Part shown: piece by piece, positions 28,933 to 37,638 of the stretch | Layout: each line of letters opens with the position of its first letter | How positions within the stretch are numbered: position 1 is the stretch's first letter | Source: an uncultured bacterium | GTDB taxonomy: Bacteria > Acidobacteriota > Thermoanaerobaculia > Multivoradales > JAHZIX01 | DNA length: 64,000 bases | NCBI GenBank assembly: GCA_965368975.1 | Contig: CBDUPA010000012.1 | Span: forward strand, 83,540-147,539 | Reading direction: 5' to 3' | The notes under the pieces: generated by a model | Told to the model about the DNA's origin: nothing | Database searches by the model: none | What the model saw: only the letters and a program-made list of their open reading frames with translations | Made by a program: the position numbers and the translations under genes

Positions 28933-29334
28933 ATGTCGATTTCATGGCTGCCCACGTGGATTGGGCCGCTCGCCACGGATGCTTTGGCTGGTCCTTTCAG
29001 CACGTTGGAAGGGCTGGGTAGGTTCTTGGCGCAGGCCGGCGGAGCGGGTGCAAGCGCGTTCGGTCAGCTGGCGCCGATCATCATCATCGTCGTCATCTTC
29101 TACATCATCGTCTTCCTGCCGCTGCGCAAGCAGCGCAAGCAGCACGCCACGATGTTGGAAGAACTACAGAAGGGCGACAAGGTGGTGACCAACGGCGGCC
29201 TTTACGCCGAAATCGTGTCGGTGGACGCGGACACCGTGATCGTCAAGGTGGCCGACAACGTCAAGCTCCGCATGATGAAGTCCGCGGTGGCGGGCAAGCA
29301 GGGTGAGGAACTCACCGGGAGCACGCAACAATGA
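28933..29334 (+). CDS. yajC: preprotein translocase subunit YajC
   Basis: Single TM helix IIIIVVIFYIIVFLP, LRKQRKQ, GDKVVTNGGLYAEIVSVD; GGAG RBS. Confidence 0.8.
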   Translation: MSISWLPTWIGPLATDALAGPFSTLEGLGRFLAQAGGAGASAFGQLAPIIIIVVIFYIIVFLPLRKQRKQHATMLEELQKGDKVVTNGGLYAEIVSVDADTVIVKVADNVKLRMMKSAVAGKQGEELTGSTQQ

Positions 29335-30914
29335 ACAACAGTCTAGTGATTCGCGCCCTGGTGATCTTGGGCGTCTTGGTGTGGGCGGCGTTCTCCGCTT
29401 ACCCGCCGCAGGAGAGCATCAACCTCGGCCTCGACCTGCGCGGCGGCATGCACTTGGTGCTGGAGGTCGAGACCAACGACGCTCTGCGCGCCGAGACCGA
29501 CCAGGACATGGACACGATGCGGGGCCAGCTGGCCGAAGAGGGCATCACCGGTGTGGTGCTCGAACGCAGTGCCCCGGCGGCCGACGGTAGCGTCTTCGCT
29601 TTCACCCTCAGCGGTGTGCCCGCTGGCGAGGACGACACGGTCGATCAGATCCACACGGATTACCTCGGCGACGATTGGGACATGAGCCGCAGCGGTGACA
29701 CCTACCGCTTCAGCCTGACCGAGAGTGCCAAGCGCGACCTGCGCAGCCGCACCGTCGACCAGGCGCGGCGCACCATCGAGCGGCGTGTCGACGCGTACGG
29801 CGTCGCCGAGCCGGCGATCCAGCGTCAAGGTTTCGGCGACAGCGAGCGGCTGGTCGTCCAGCTCCCCGGTGTCGACGACCCGGAGCGCGTCAAGGACCTG
29901 ATTCAGGACACCGCTTTCCTCGAGTTCCGCCTGCTCGATGAGCGCACTCCCAACGGCGCCGGCACGCGCGAGCAACTGCTGTCTCAGTTCGGCGGTACCC
30001 TGCCGGCCGACGTCGAGATCTTCCCCAGCGTGCTGGGACCCGAAGAGAGCGGCGAGCAGTTCTACGCCGTACAGGCCTCCAGCGTGCTCACCGGTCGCGA
30101 CCTGCGCAACGCGTCGGTAGGAGCCGGCGAGTTCAACGAGCCGGTGGTGAACTTCCGTCTCAGCTACGAGAAGGGCACCCAGTTCGGCGAGATGACCTCG
30201 TCCAACATCGGTCGCCGCATGGCCATCATCCTCGACGGCCAGGTGCTGTCGGCGCCCTCGATCAACGGTCGCATCAATGATCGCGGCATGATCGAAGGTG
30301 GCTTCGACCAGGCCGAGGCGCTCGACCTGTCGCTGGCCCTCAAGTCCGGTGCGCTGCCCGCCGGCATCACCACCCTGGAAGAGCGCACCGTTGGCCCGTC
30401 GCTGGGCCAGGACTCGATCGACCAGGGCCTCGAGGCTGGCCTCTACGGCGCCGGCTTGGTGGTGGTGCTGATGTTGGTCGTCTACCTGCTGTCGGGCATG
30501 AACGCCATCTTCGTGCTGGCGATGAACGTGGTGCTGGTGTTCGGCGCTCTGGCATCGCTCGGCGCCACGCTGACGCTGCCCGGTATCGCCGGCATCATCC
30601 TGACCATCGGCATGGCGGTCGACGCCAACGTGCTGATCTTCGAGCGCATCCGCGAAGAGCTGCGGATCAAGCCGGTGAAGGCGGCGGTCAAGGCCGGCTT
30701 CGAGAAGGCTTTCTCGTCGATCCTGGACGCCAACGTCACCACCCTGATCGCGGCGATCTTCCTGTTCCAGTTTGGCACCGGCCCGATCCGCGGCTTCGCC
30801 GTCACGCTCAGCGTCGGCATCTTCGCTTCGGTGTTCACCGCGGTCTTCGTGAGCCGCTTCCTCTTTGACCTGTGGCTCTCCCGCTCGACGGCGGTGGAAT
30901 CGATCTCGATTTGA
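29331..30914 (+). CDS. secD: protein-export membrane protein SecD
   Basis: INLGLDLRGGMHLVLEV and RND-like C-terminal 6-TM bundle; ATGA overlap with yajC. Confidence 0.9.
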   Translation: MNNSLVIRALVILGVLVWAAFSAYPPQESINLGLDLRGGMHLVLEVETNDALRAETDQDMDTMRGQLAEEGITGVVLERSAPAADGSVFAFTLSGVPAGEDDTVDQIHTDYLGDDWDMSRSGDTYRFSLTESAKRDLRSRTVDQARRTIERRVDAYGVAEPAIQRQGFGDSERLVVQLPGVDDPERVKDLIQDTAFLEFRLLDERTPNGAGTREQLLSQFGGTLPADVEIFPSVLGPEESGEQFYAVQASSVLTGRDLRNASVGAGEFNEPVVNFRLSYEKGTQFGEMTSSNIGRRMAIILDGQVLSAPSINGRINDRGMIEGGFDQAEALDLSLALKSGALPAGITTLEERTVGPSLGQDSIDQGLEAGLYGAGLVVVLMLVVYLLSGMNAIFVLAMNVVLVFGALASLGATLTLPGIAGIILTIGMAVDANVLIFERIREELRIKPVKAAVKAGFEKAFSSILDANVTTLIAAIFLFQFGTGPIRGFAVTLSVGIFASVFTAVFVSRFLFDLWLSRSTAVESISI

Positions 30915-30931
30915 CGGAGGCGTAGCCTGAT

Positions 30932-32116
30932 ATGCGATTTCTCACCGATCCGAAAATCGACTTCATGGGCATGCGAAAGGGCTTCATTGTCCTTTCCGTC
31001 GTGCTGGTGTTGTCGTCCCTGTCCTACCTTGTCTACGCCTACAGCAACGACGAGCTGAACGTCGGCATTGACTTTGCCGGCGGTACGCAGATCACCCTGC
31101 AATTCGGGGACACGCCCGATATCGATCAACTGCGCACGATCCTCAACGACGCCGGCATCGCCAAGCCGCAGATCCAGCGCTTCGGCCTCGCTGAGCGCAA
31201 CGAGCTGTTGATTCGCACCGCCACCGTCGAAGGCAGTGAAGAAGGCGCTTCCGACGCCCTCTTCGCCGCGCTCGACGGCGCTTACAACCCCGGTTCCGGC
31301 GCCGGTGACGACCTCAACCGCATGGGCCCCGATGCCGTTGCCCGCCTGCTCACCGCGTCCAACCCGCTCGGGCTGGATCTCATCCCCGGTGCTGTACCCG
31401 ATGAGTACCGGCAGATCGGTGAAGCCGTCATCGCGCAGCGTCGCGACGTCGGCCTACTGGCCAGTTGGGACGACCTGGCGAACATCGACGGCATGAGTCC
31501 CGAGAAGCTGACGGCCCTGCAGGACTCCACGCACCTGGGTGCCTTCTCGCTGCTCAGCGTCGAGAACGTCGGTCCGCAGATCGGCAGCGAGCTGAAGTCC
31601 AAGGGTATCTGGGCGGTCGTCTTCTCGCTCGTCGGCATGCTGGCCTACATCGCCTTCCGTTTCCAGCTGCGCTTCGGTATCGGCGCCGTGGTCGCCATCT
31701 TCCACGACGTCCTGATCACGCTCGGCATCTATGCCTTCCTCGGCTTCGAGTTCAACCTCACCCTGATCGCCGCCTTCCTGACGCTGGTCGGGTACTCGGT
31801 GAACGATACGGTGGTGGTTTTCGACCGTGTGCGTGAGAACATGCAACGCTTGCGCCGGGAGCCGTTGGTCGAGACGCTCAACAAGTCGCTCAACCAGACC
31901 CTCAGCCGTACGGTGATGACGTCCATGACCACCTTCCTGGTCGTGCTGACGCTCTTCGTCTTCGGTGGCCAGGTGATCCGCGGCTTCGCCTTCGTGCTCA
32001 CCGCCGGTGTCGTGGTCGGCACTTACTCCTCCGTCTTCGTCGCCTCGCCGGTGGTGCTGGCGTGGGAAGCCCGCTTCAGCAAGGAAGCACGGACGCGGCG
32101 TAGAGAAAGCAAGTAG
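30932..32116 (+). CDS. secF: protein-export membrane protein SecF (with roughly 80-aa insertion in the periplasmic domain)
   Basis: IDFAGGTQITLQF and C-terminal 6-TM bundle collinear with SecF; 394 aa against the usual ~310-320. Confidence 0.9.
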   Translation: MRFLTDPKIDFMGMRKGFIVLSVVLVLSSLSYLVYAYSNDELNVGIDFAGGTQITLQFGDTPDIDQLRTILNDAGIAKPQIQRFGLAERNELLIRTATVEGSEEGASDALFAALDGAYNPGSGAGDDLNRMGPDAVARLLTASNPLGLDLIPGAVPDEYRQIGEAVIAQRRDVGLLASWDDLANIDGMSPEKLTALQDSTHLGAFSLLSVENVGPQIGSELKSKGIWAVVFSLVGMLAYIAFRFQLRFGIGAVVAIFHDVLITLGIYAFLGFEFNLTLIAAFLTLVGYSVNDTVVVFDRVRENMQRLRREPLVETLNKSLNQTLSRTVMTSMTTFLVVLTLFVFGGQVIRGFAFVLTAGVVVGTYSSVFVASPVVLAWEARFSKEARTRRRESK

Positions 32117-32186
32117 GACGTACGTCGTTCCGTCCGAAATCCGGGTAGGGGCCGCCCTGCCGCGTCGCCACATCCCTGGATGCATC

Positions 32187-32219
32187 AACCCCCGCCTCTT
32201 GGCGGGGGTTGGTGTTTGC
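32187..32219 (+). terminator. intrinsic terminator after secF
   Basis: aacccccgcc-tctt-ggcgggggtt hairpin followed by ggtgtttg. Confidence 0.5.
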
Positions 32220-32420
32220 GGGCAAATTCCGTCGCTGTACCGGGATTCCCGGCAGGCAAGAAATGCGCGCCGCGCCGTGCCAGGATTGGCGCAAAAAGTT
32301 CCTCTGTCGTAGGACAAGCCCGGGATCACTTGTGCTCCGAGGCACGGCCGGCCGCCGTCGCCAAATCACAGAGTAAAAAGGGCTTGCGTCGATCCAGGGC
32401 GTGTTCTAGAATTGGAACTA

Positions 32421-33248
32421 ATGCTCTCTCGAATCGCGCGCCACCGCTTCGTGGAATTGATCCGCTCCCTGGACGCCAGAACCGACCTCGCCGAGGTTGC
32501 TTTGGTCGTGGCGGCCGAGACCACGCCCGGTCTGGATATCGAGGCCTACCTGCATCGTCTCGACTCCATGGCCGAAGAAGCGGATCGACGCACGCGTGCC
32601 GCCGAAGAGCCCCACCAGCGCATCGAGACGCTGAACCGCTACCTGTTCGAAGATCTCGGCTTCATCGGCGACGATGACGACTACTACAACCCGCGCAACA
32701 GCTTCCTCAACGAGGTTCTCGACCGCCGCTCCGGCATTCCCGTGACGCTGGCCCTGGTCTACCTCAGCCTCACTCGCCGCCTCGGCTGGCCGGTGGTCGG
32801 TGTCGGTTTCCCGGCGCACTTCCTGGTCAAGTACACGCGGCCGCAGATCCTCGTCGACCCTTTCACCGGCGAAGTGATCAACAAGCGCGAGTGTCGCCGC
32901 CGCTTGCGCATCGCCTTGGGCGACAACGCCGAGTGGCGCGACGACTACCTCGATCCCGCCGCGCCCGTAGACATCGTCCTGCGTTTGCTCACCAACCTCA
33001 AGCACATCTACATCCAGAGCCAGCGTCACGAACTAGCGCTCAGCTGCTGCGAACGCCTACTCCTGCTGCTACCGGACTCGCCCAAAGAGCTGCGGGATCG
33101 CGGGCTGGTACTGCTCGAACTGGAATGCCGCGAGGAGGCCTACGCCGACTTCGAACGCTTCCTCGAACTGGCCCCCGAAGACCCCGCCGCCGAAGCCGTG
33201 CGCGATGTGCTGTCGATGGCACGGCAGCAGATTCCCCTGGTCAACTGA
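32421..33248 (+). CDS. SirB1/YchA-like protein (transglutaminase-like N-domain plus TPR C-domain)
   Basis: Overall similarity to the UPF0162 family (GFPAHFLVKY...; C-terminal TPR LLLLPDSPKELRDRGLVLLELECREEAYADFERFLELAP). Confidence 0.55.
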   Translation: MLSRIARHRFVELIRSLDARTDLAEVALVVAAETTPGLDIEAYLHRLDSMAEEADRRTRAAEEPHQRIETLNRYLFEDLGFIGDDDDYYNPRNSFLNEVLDRRSGIPVTLALVYLSLTRRLGWPVVGVGFPAHFLVKYTRPQILVDPFTGEVINKRECRRRLRIALGDNAEWRDDYLDPAAPVDIVLRLLTNLKHIYIQSQRHELALSCCERLLLLLPDSPKELRDRGLVLLELECREEAYADFERFLELAPEDPAAEAVRDVLSMARQQIPLVN

Positions 33249-33324
33249 GCCTCCTCCTCCGCCTCTGCCTGCGCCGGAACTGAATATTCAGAGAGATAAT
33301 AAATCTTTGCAGCTAAGAGCTTAT

Positions 33325-33353
33325 TTGACAGCGGCTGCAAGCCTGGTTACGAT
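33325..33353 (+). promoter_or_regulatory. sigma70-like promoter: TTGACA - 17 nt - TACGAT, in an AT-richer 200-nt region upstream of the precursor peptide
   Basis: Consensus -35 hexamer and near-consensus -10 with 17-nt spacer, about 110 nt upstream of ATG 33463. Confidence 0.4.
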
Positions 33354-33462
33354 TTCCCCATATTCTCCTATTGCGGGTCCTCTTCTCGAAGCCATTCGAA
33401 TCACGGTCATCCGGAGCCCCAGCGGTTCCTTATCTCACCACGTGACCTTTGGAGGACACATC

Positions 33463-33585
33463 ATGAACAAGAGCAAGAAGCCCGTCTCGCTGAACCTCGA
33501 ACTCGAAACCGTCGAGTCCCGCTGCAAGCCGGGCTGTGGCAGCTCCACCACGCTGCCGCTGTGCACCTGTCCCATTTCTTGCTGA
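33463..33585 (+). CDS. candidate RiPP (class I lanthipeptide-like) precursor peptide MNKSKKPVSLNLELETVESRCKPGCGSSTTLPLCTCPISC
   Basis: Perfect GGAGGA RBS 6 nt upstream; leader has an FNLD-like LNLEL motif; C-terminal 21 aa contain 5 Cys and 7 Ser/Thr; immediately upstream of split LanB genes. Confidence 0.55.
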   Translation: MNKSKKPVSLNLELETVESRCKPGCGSSTTLPLCTCPISC

Positions 33586-33591
33586 GGCGAT

Positions 33592-34695
33592 TTGGCTACC
33601 GGATCGGACCGTGAATCCGGTCCGGTAGCGGTACTCCTGAGCACCGTTTTCGCCCCATCGCCTGGGCAGCCCCCTGCCCCGGTATACACTAGAGGCGTGA
33701 AACAACCCGAGTCTCCGGAATCTGAGCATCCGGACCGTGATCCGGTCCCCGTACCGCCGGCTTCTCTGCAGGCTACTGCCGAGACGGAAGGCAACTACCC
33801 CGACCTGTACCTGGTTGCCGAGTGCGGCGAGCAGGATCAAGAGAAATTGGTGCGCGAACTGGTGGCCCCGATCGTGGCCGAGATCCGGGATCATCCGGAA
33901 CTCGAGTCGCTGTTCTTCGTGCGCATGAGCAAGCCTACCTGGCAAGTCCGCCTGCGTGTCGTCGGAGACTTGGAGTGGTTGCAGAACCGCTGCAGGCGCG
34001 TGATGTGCCTGCGTCTCGACGCCTTGCGCGGCCGGCGGGCGGTGCACGACTTCAGCCTGGGGCACTACGGGCGTGAGCTCGAGCGCTACGGCGGTGAAGG
34101 CGGCATGCGCATCGCCGAACAGCTGTACCACCACGACTCGCTCGCCTGCTTGGACCTGATCACCGCCGAGGCCCGCGGCCTGCTCGAACGTTCGCGGCGT
34201 GAGCTGGCGCTGCTCTACAGCGAGCGGCTGGCCAATCGGTTGGGCCTGCATGGCGAAGACCGCTCGCGCTTTTACCGCTACGGCTACCAGTGGACCTTCC
34301 AGACCGAGACCTGGGACCAGAGCGATGCCGACGCACTAGAAGAACGGTTCGAGCAACTGGAGGCCGGGCTGCGCTCCCTCTTTCCGCTGGGTGGCAAGGC
34401 ACCGCCCGAGACGGATCTCTGGGGCGGAGACGAGCCGGCGCGCGTTGGTGCCGGCCTGGCAGCGTCGCAAGAACCAGCGCTGGCACGGCTGCTCAAGGGG
34501 CACAGGGCGGGGCGCATCGGCGGTGATCTGGCCTACCTCGGCTGGTCCTACTGCCACCTCTTCTGCAACCGCCTGGGCATCGACCCGTCCGGCGAGGCGG
34601 TACAGCGCTACCTGATGCACCTGTACCACTACCGCGTCCGTGCCCAGGGCTCGCTGCCGGGGCCCTTGCTCACCGAAGCGGCCAGCGACACCTGA
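33592..34695 (+). CDS. stand-alone lanthipeptide dehydratase C-terminal (glutamate-elimination, SpaB_C / thiopeptide-type bacteriocin biosynthesis) domain protein; start uncertain
   Basis: LFFVRMSKPTWQVRLRV and GHYGRELERYGGEGG resemble the FxRY...HxRLR and ERYGG signatures of the LanB elimination domain; the ORF-track TTG start lies inside the hairpin, so the real start is probably downstream. Confidence 0.55.
   Translation: MATGSDRESGPVAVLLSTVFAPSPGQPPAPVYTRGVKQPESPESEHPDRDPVPVPPASLQATAETEGNYPDLYLVAECGEQDQEKLVRELVAPIVAEIRDHPELESLFFVRMSKPTWQVRLRVVGDLEWLQNRCRRVMCLRLDALRGRRAVHDFSLGHYGRELERYGGEGGMRIAEQLYHHDSLACLDLITAEARGLLERSRRELALLYSERLANRLGLHGEDRSRFYRYGYQWTFQTETWDQSDADALEERFEQLEAGLRSLFPLGGKAPPETDLWGGDEPARVGAGLAASQEPALARLLKGHRAGRIGGDLAYLGWSYCHLFCNRLGIDPSGEAVQRYLMHLYHYRVRAQGSLPGPLLTEAASDT
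33595..33629 (+). promoter_or_regulatory. GC-rich stem-loop directly after the precursor stop codon (possible attenuator setting precursor:enzyme stoichiometry)
   Basis: gctaccgga...tccggtagc 9-bp arms plus an inner ggaccg/cggtcc pair; no T-tract. Confidence 0.3.
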
Positions 34696-34698
34696 ACG

Positions 34699-37464
34699 AT
34701 GGGGGACGGCTACCCCCGAGAGGCGGACTGCTGGCAGAGAGGGCCCCGCATCGCCCTCCTACGACTGGCGTTGCAACCCTGGCAGCGTCTGCAGGCTCTG
34801 CGCGCCGACGCGACCGTCGGGCACCTGGCCGTGGCCCGCCAGGCACAGGCCGAGCTCGACGCCCTCGTGCCGACGCTCGAGGCCGCACTGTTCACCGCCG
34901 CCGGTCCCAAGCGTCCCGCCGCCGGTCCCGTGGAGGCAGCGCGACGCCTGGCGTGCGTCGCGCTACGGCGGGCGGTGCACAATGGTCGGGAGTTGGACGC
35001 CTCGACACTCGGGAGCAGTGACCGCGACGGTGATCTGCAAGGGCAGCTGCAGCGATATAGCGAGCTGAAGGCTACTGTCGAGCGTGCCCGTGCCGCGGCG
35101 TTGCAGGCCTGCCAGGCCGAGTTGCCGCGGGCACGTCAGCACGTTCTCGACGCCAGCGCTGAACCGCTCCAGGCGGCGGCGCTAGCACTGGTCAGCCGAT
35201 CGCTGTTCCGCCGGCTGCAGCGTCTGCAGGCCGCAGCCGCACCCCATACTCAGGCCCGCGACGCCCAGACCCACGATACGCGTCACACCGTCGCCAAACT
35301 GCTCGCCTACCTCGACCGTGCCGCCAGCAAGACCAGCCCCAACGGCCTTTTCTGCGCCACCGCCGTCGCAACCTGGGGCGAGCGCCTGAACGTCCACCGC
35401 CTCGCTACGCCGCCGCGTGTCGATCTGCGCCTCAACGTCACCGAAGCGCGCAAACTCACCGCCCACCTCGGCTTCGGCCCGCAGATGGATGCCCTCGTGC
35501 GACCCCGTGTCACCACGACGCTGCATCGCCAATCCGCGGAGTCCGGCGAAGTCCTGACCTTCTGGCGCACAGCCTCGCTGCGTCGACCTGAGGACGACGA
35601 AGCTCTCCAGCGCCTGGGCGCACAGCCGATCGTCGACCTCTTCGTGCAACTGGCGGATGGTCGTCGCTCCGTTCCCGAACTCCTCCTGGCCGTCGCCAGC
35701 GCGGCGGCAGAGCACGGCATGGAAGTCAGCGTCGAGCAATTGGAGCCCTTCTTCCGCCAGCTCGTCGACGCCGGCCTGCTGCACGCCGAGATCGAGCTGC
35801 CGTACGGCTGCGGCCGCCCCCTGCGCGCGTTTGCGCATCGAGTTGAGGAACCGGCTGTCGACGGGGCCCCAAGGATTGCCGAGCTCGAAGCCATCGAAGC
35901 CGACCTCGACGCCGTCAACGCCACGCCCATCGAGGCCGCCGCTGCCGTCCGTCTGCCCGCCATCCTCGACGACCTGGCACGGCGTCTCGACGCCCAGGCA
36001 GCCACCCTGCCCGAACTGGCCCGGCCGCTCGTGCGCGATGAACTCTTCCGTCTCGACGCGGCCCTCGACGCGGCACCCGGTCGGCAAACCACCCTGCCGT
36101 GTCCCTGGCGCGACGCCCTGCAGCCCACCGTCGACGGCTACGCGCGCCTGTTCGCCTCGATGTACCCGTCGTCAAACTATCGTCAGCGCCTGGCGTCCGC
36201 CTTCCTGGAGCACTGGCCCGCGGACACCGACATCCCCCTGCTCGACCTCTACCATCACTTCCAACCACCACCCCCGGATTCCCGCGTACTCGACTTCCCG
36301 TGCCCGAGCAGCGATGTCGATAGCCAGCCGTACCAAGCCTGGCAGCAAGCCCGCGCCCTGCTCGTCGAGCTGGCCAGACAGGCCAGGGCGGCCGGGGAGC
36401 ACGAAGTCCGTCTCGACGACACCGCCTGGCATGCCTTGACGCATCCGCTTTCCGACCCAACCGGTCCTTCTGAGACGCTGAAGTGGACCGCCGGCGTTCT
36501 CTTCCAGCCCGTGCTCGCCAGTTCCGCGAACCGAAAGCAGCAGAACCGGCTCGTCCTCAACGCCCTCTTCTCGGGCACCGGCGTTGCCTTCGCCCGCTTT
36601 GCCGACCTGCACCCCGAAGTCGAGCCTGAGCTGCGCCGGCAACTCCGTGCCTCGGACTCTGCCGAAACCGCCCAAGTCCCCATCGTCGCCGAGCTGACCT
36701 ACAACCACTGGGGCCGCACCGCCAACGCCGGCCTGCGTCCACGACTCCACGAGTGGGAACTCGAACTCCCCGGTGACCGCGCCTCCGATGCTGGCTACGC
36801 CGCTGGCAAGGTCCTCACCCTCGCCGACCTCACCCTGCGCTACGACTCCACCGAGCAGCGCTTCCACCTGCGTCGCATCCAAGACGGTCGCCAGGTCCTC
36901 CCCGTTCTGTCGAGCGGCGTCAGCCCCGAAGGCCTGGTGGCGCTGCTGGTGGCGATCGGGCGTCAAGAGCAGCAGCCCCTTGGTCTGCTCCCCGGCTTCG
37001 CCTGGCCGGAAGAAGAGCTGGAACAAGACTTCCCAGACGGCGTTGAGACCTGGCCCCGCTTCGTCCGAGCTGTTTCTTCGGAGGCAGGCACTGACGAGAT
37101 CGACCTCGAAATCGTCCTCTGGCGCCGCCGCTGGCGCTTCCCCCGCGCCACCATTCCCAAACCCCCAAAGTCCCGCCCCGGCGACGACGCTGACCTCCAC
37201 CTCGCTACCTACTTCGCAGCCGTCGACACCTGGCGCCACCACCACCTCCTTCCTCGCCACATCTACCTCCACACCGCCACCGTCCGCAAGCCCACCCACG
37301 TCGATCTCGAATCCCCCCTCCACGTCGAGCTGCTGCGTCGACGCCTGGCGTCAGAGAAGGGAGATGTCTACGTCACCGAAGCGCTGCCGGGGCCAGAGGG
37401 TCTGTGGTGGGGCGGTGGAGACGAGCGCTCGAACGTCGAGGTGCTGGTGCAGTTGGGGGTGTGA
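34699..37464 (+). CDS. lanthipeptide dehydratase N-terminal (tRNA-Glu-dependent glutamylation) domain protein
   Basis: LLAYLDRAASKTSPNGLFCATAVATWGE corresponds to the R-TPFGLF-GV hallmark of LanB N-domains (compare NisB RSTTRATPFGLFSGV); 921 aa matches that domain size; 3-nt gap to upstream gene. Confidence 0.6.
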   Translation: MGDGYPREADCWQRGPRIALLRLALQPWQRLQALRADATVGHLAVARQAQAELDALVPTLEAALFTAAGPKRPAAGPVEAARRLACVALRRAVHNGRELDASTLGSSDRDGDLQGQLQRYSELKATVERARAAALQACQAELPRARQHVLDASAEPLQAAALALVSRSLFRRLQRLQAAAAPHTQARDAQTHDTRHTVAKLLAYLDRAASKTSPNGLFCATAVATWGERLNVHRLATPPRVDLRLNVTEARKLTAHLGFGPQMDALVRPRVTTTLHRQSAESGEVLTFWRTASLRRPEDDEALQRLGAQPIVDLFVQLADGRRSVPELLLAVASAAAEHGMEVSVEQLEPFFRQLVDAGLLHAEIELPYGCGRPLRAFAHRVEEPAVDGAPRIAELEAIEADLDAVNATPIEAAAAVRLPAILDDLARRLDAQAATLPELARPLVRDELFRLDAALDAAPGRQTTLPCPWRDALQPTVDGYARLFASMYPSSNYRQRLASAFLEHWPADTDIPLLDLYHHFQPPPPDSRVLDFPCPSSDVDSQPYQAWQQARALLVELARQARAAGEHEVRLDDTAWHALTHPLSDPTGPSETLKWTAGVLFQPVLASSANRKQQNRLVLNALFSGTGVAFARFADLHPEVEPELRRQLRASDSAETAQVPIVAELTYNHWGRTANAGLRPRLHEWELELPGDRASDAGYAAGKVLTLADLTLRYDSTEQRFHLRRIQDGRQVLPVLSSGVSPEGLVALLVAIGRQEQQPLGLLPGFAWPEEELEQDFPDGVETWPRFVRAVSSEAGTDEIDLEIVLWRRRWRFPRATIPKPPKSRPGDDADLHLATYFAAVDTWRHHHLLPRHIYLHTATVRKPTHVDLESPLHVELLRRRLASEKGDVYVTEALPGPEGLWWGGGDERSNVEVLVQLGV

Positions 37465-37638
37465 GGGGGAGGTAGTTGCAGTCCAGGGCACTCGAGTCCT
37501 TGGTCTGCTTGACTGCGGTTTGCCGCGTACTAGATCAAGGGTTTCTTGTCTCTTTCGTAGTTGGGTAACGAGTGTCGCCGTCAATGAGTGACAGGGCAGC
37601 TCGAGTCACGAACCAGGTGACAAAAAGGGGATTGCATC

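Noticed and set aside
34699-37464. Interpretation of the LanB N-domain gene as a PEARL (peptide aminoacyl-tRNA ligase) acting without elimination
   Set aside because: A separate elimination-domain gene with the ERYGG signature lies immediately upstream, which argues for a genuine split dehydratase.
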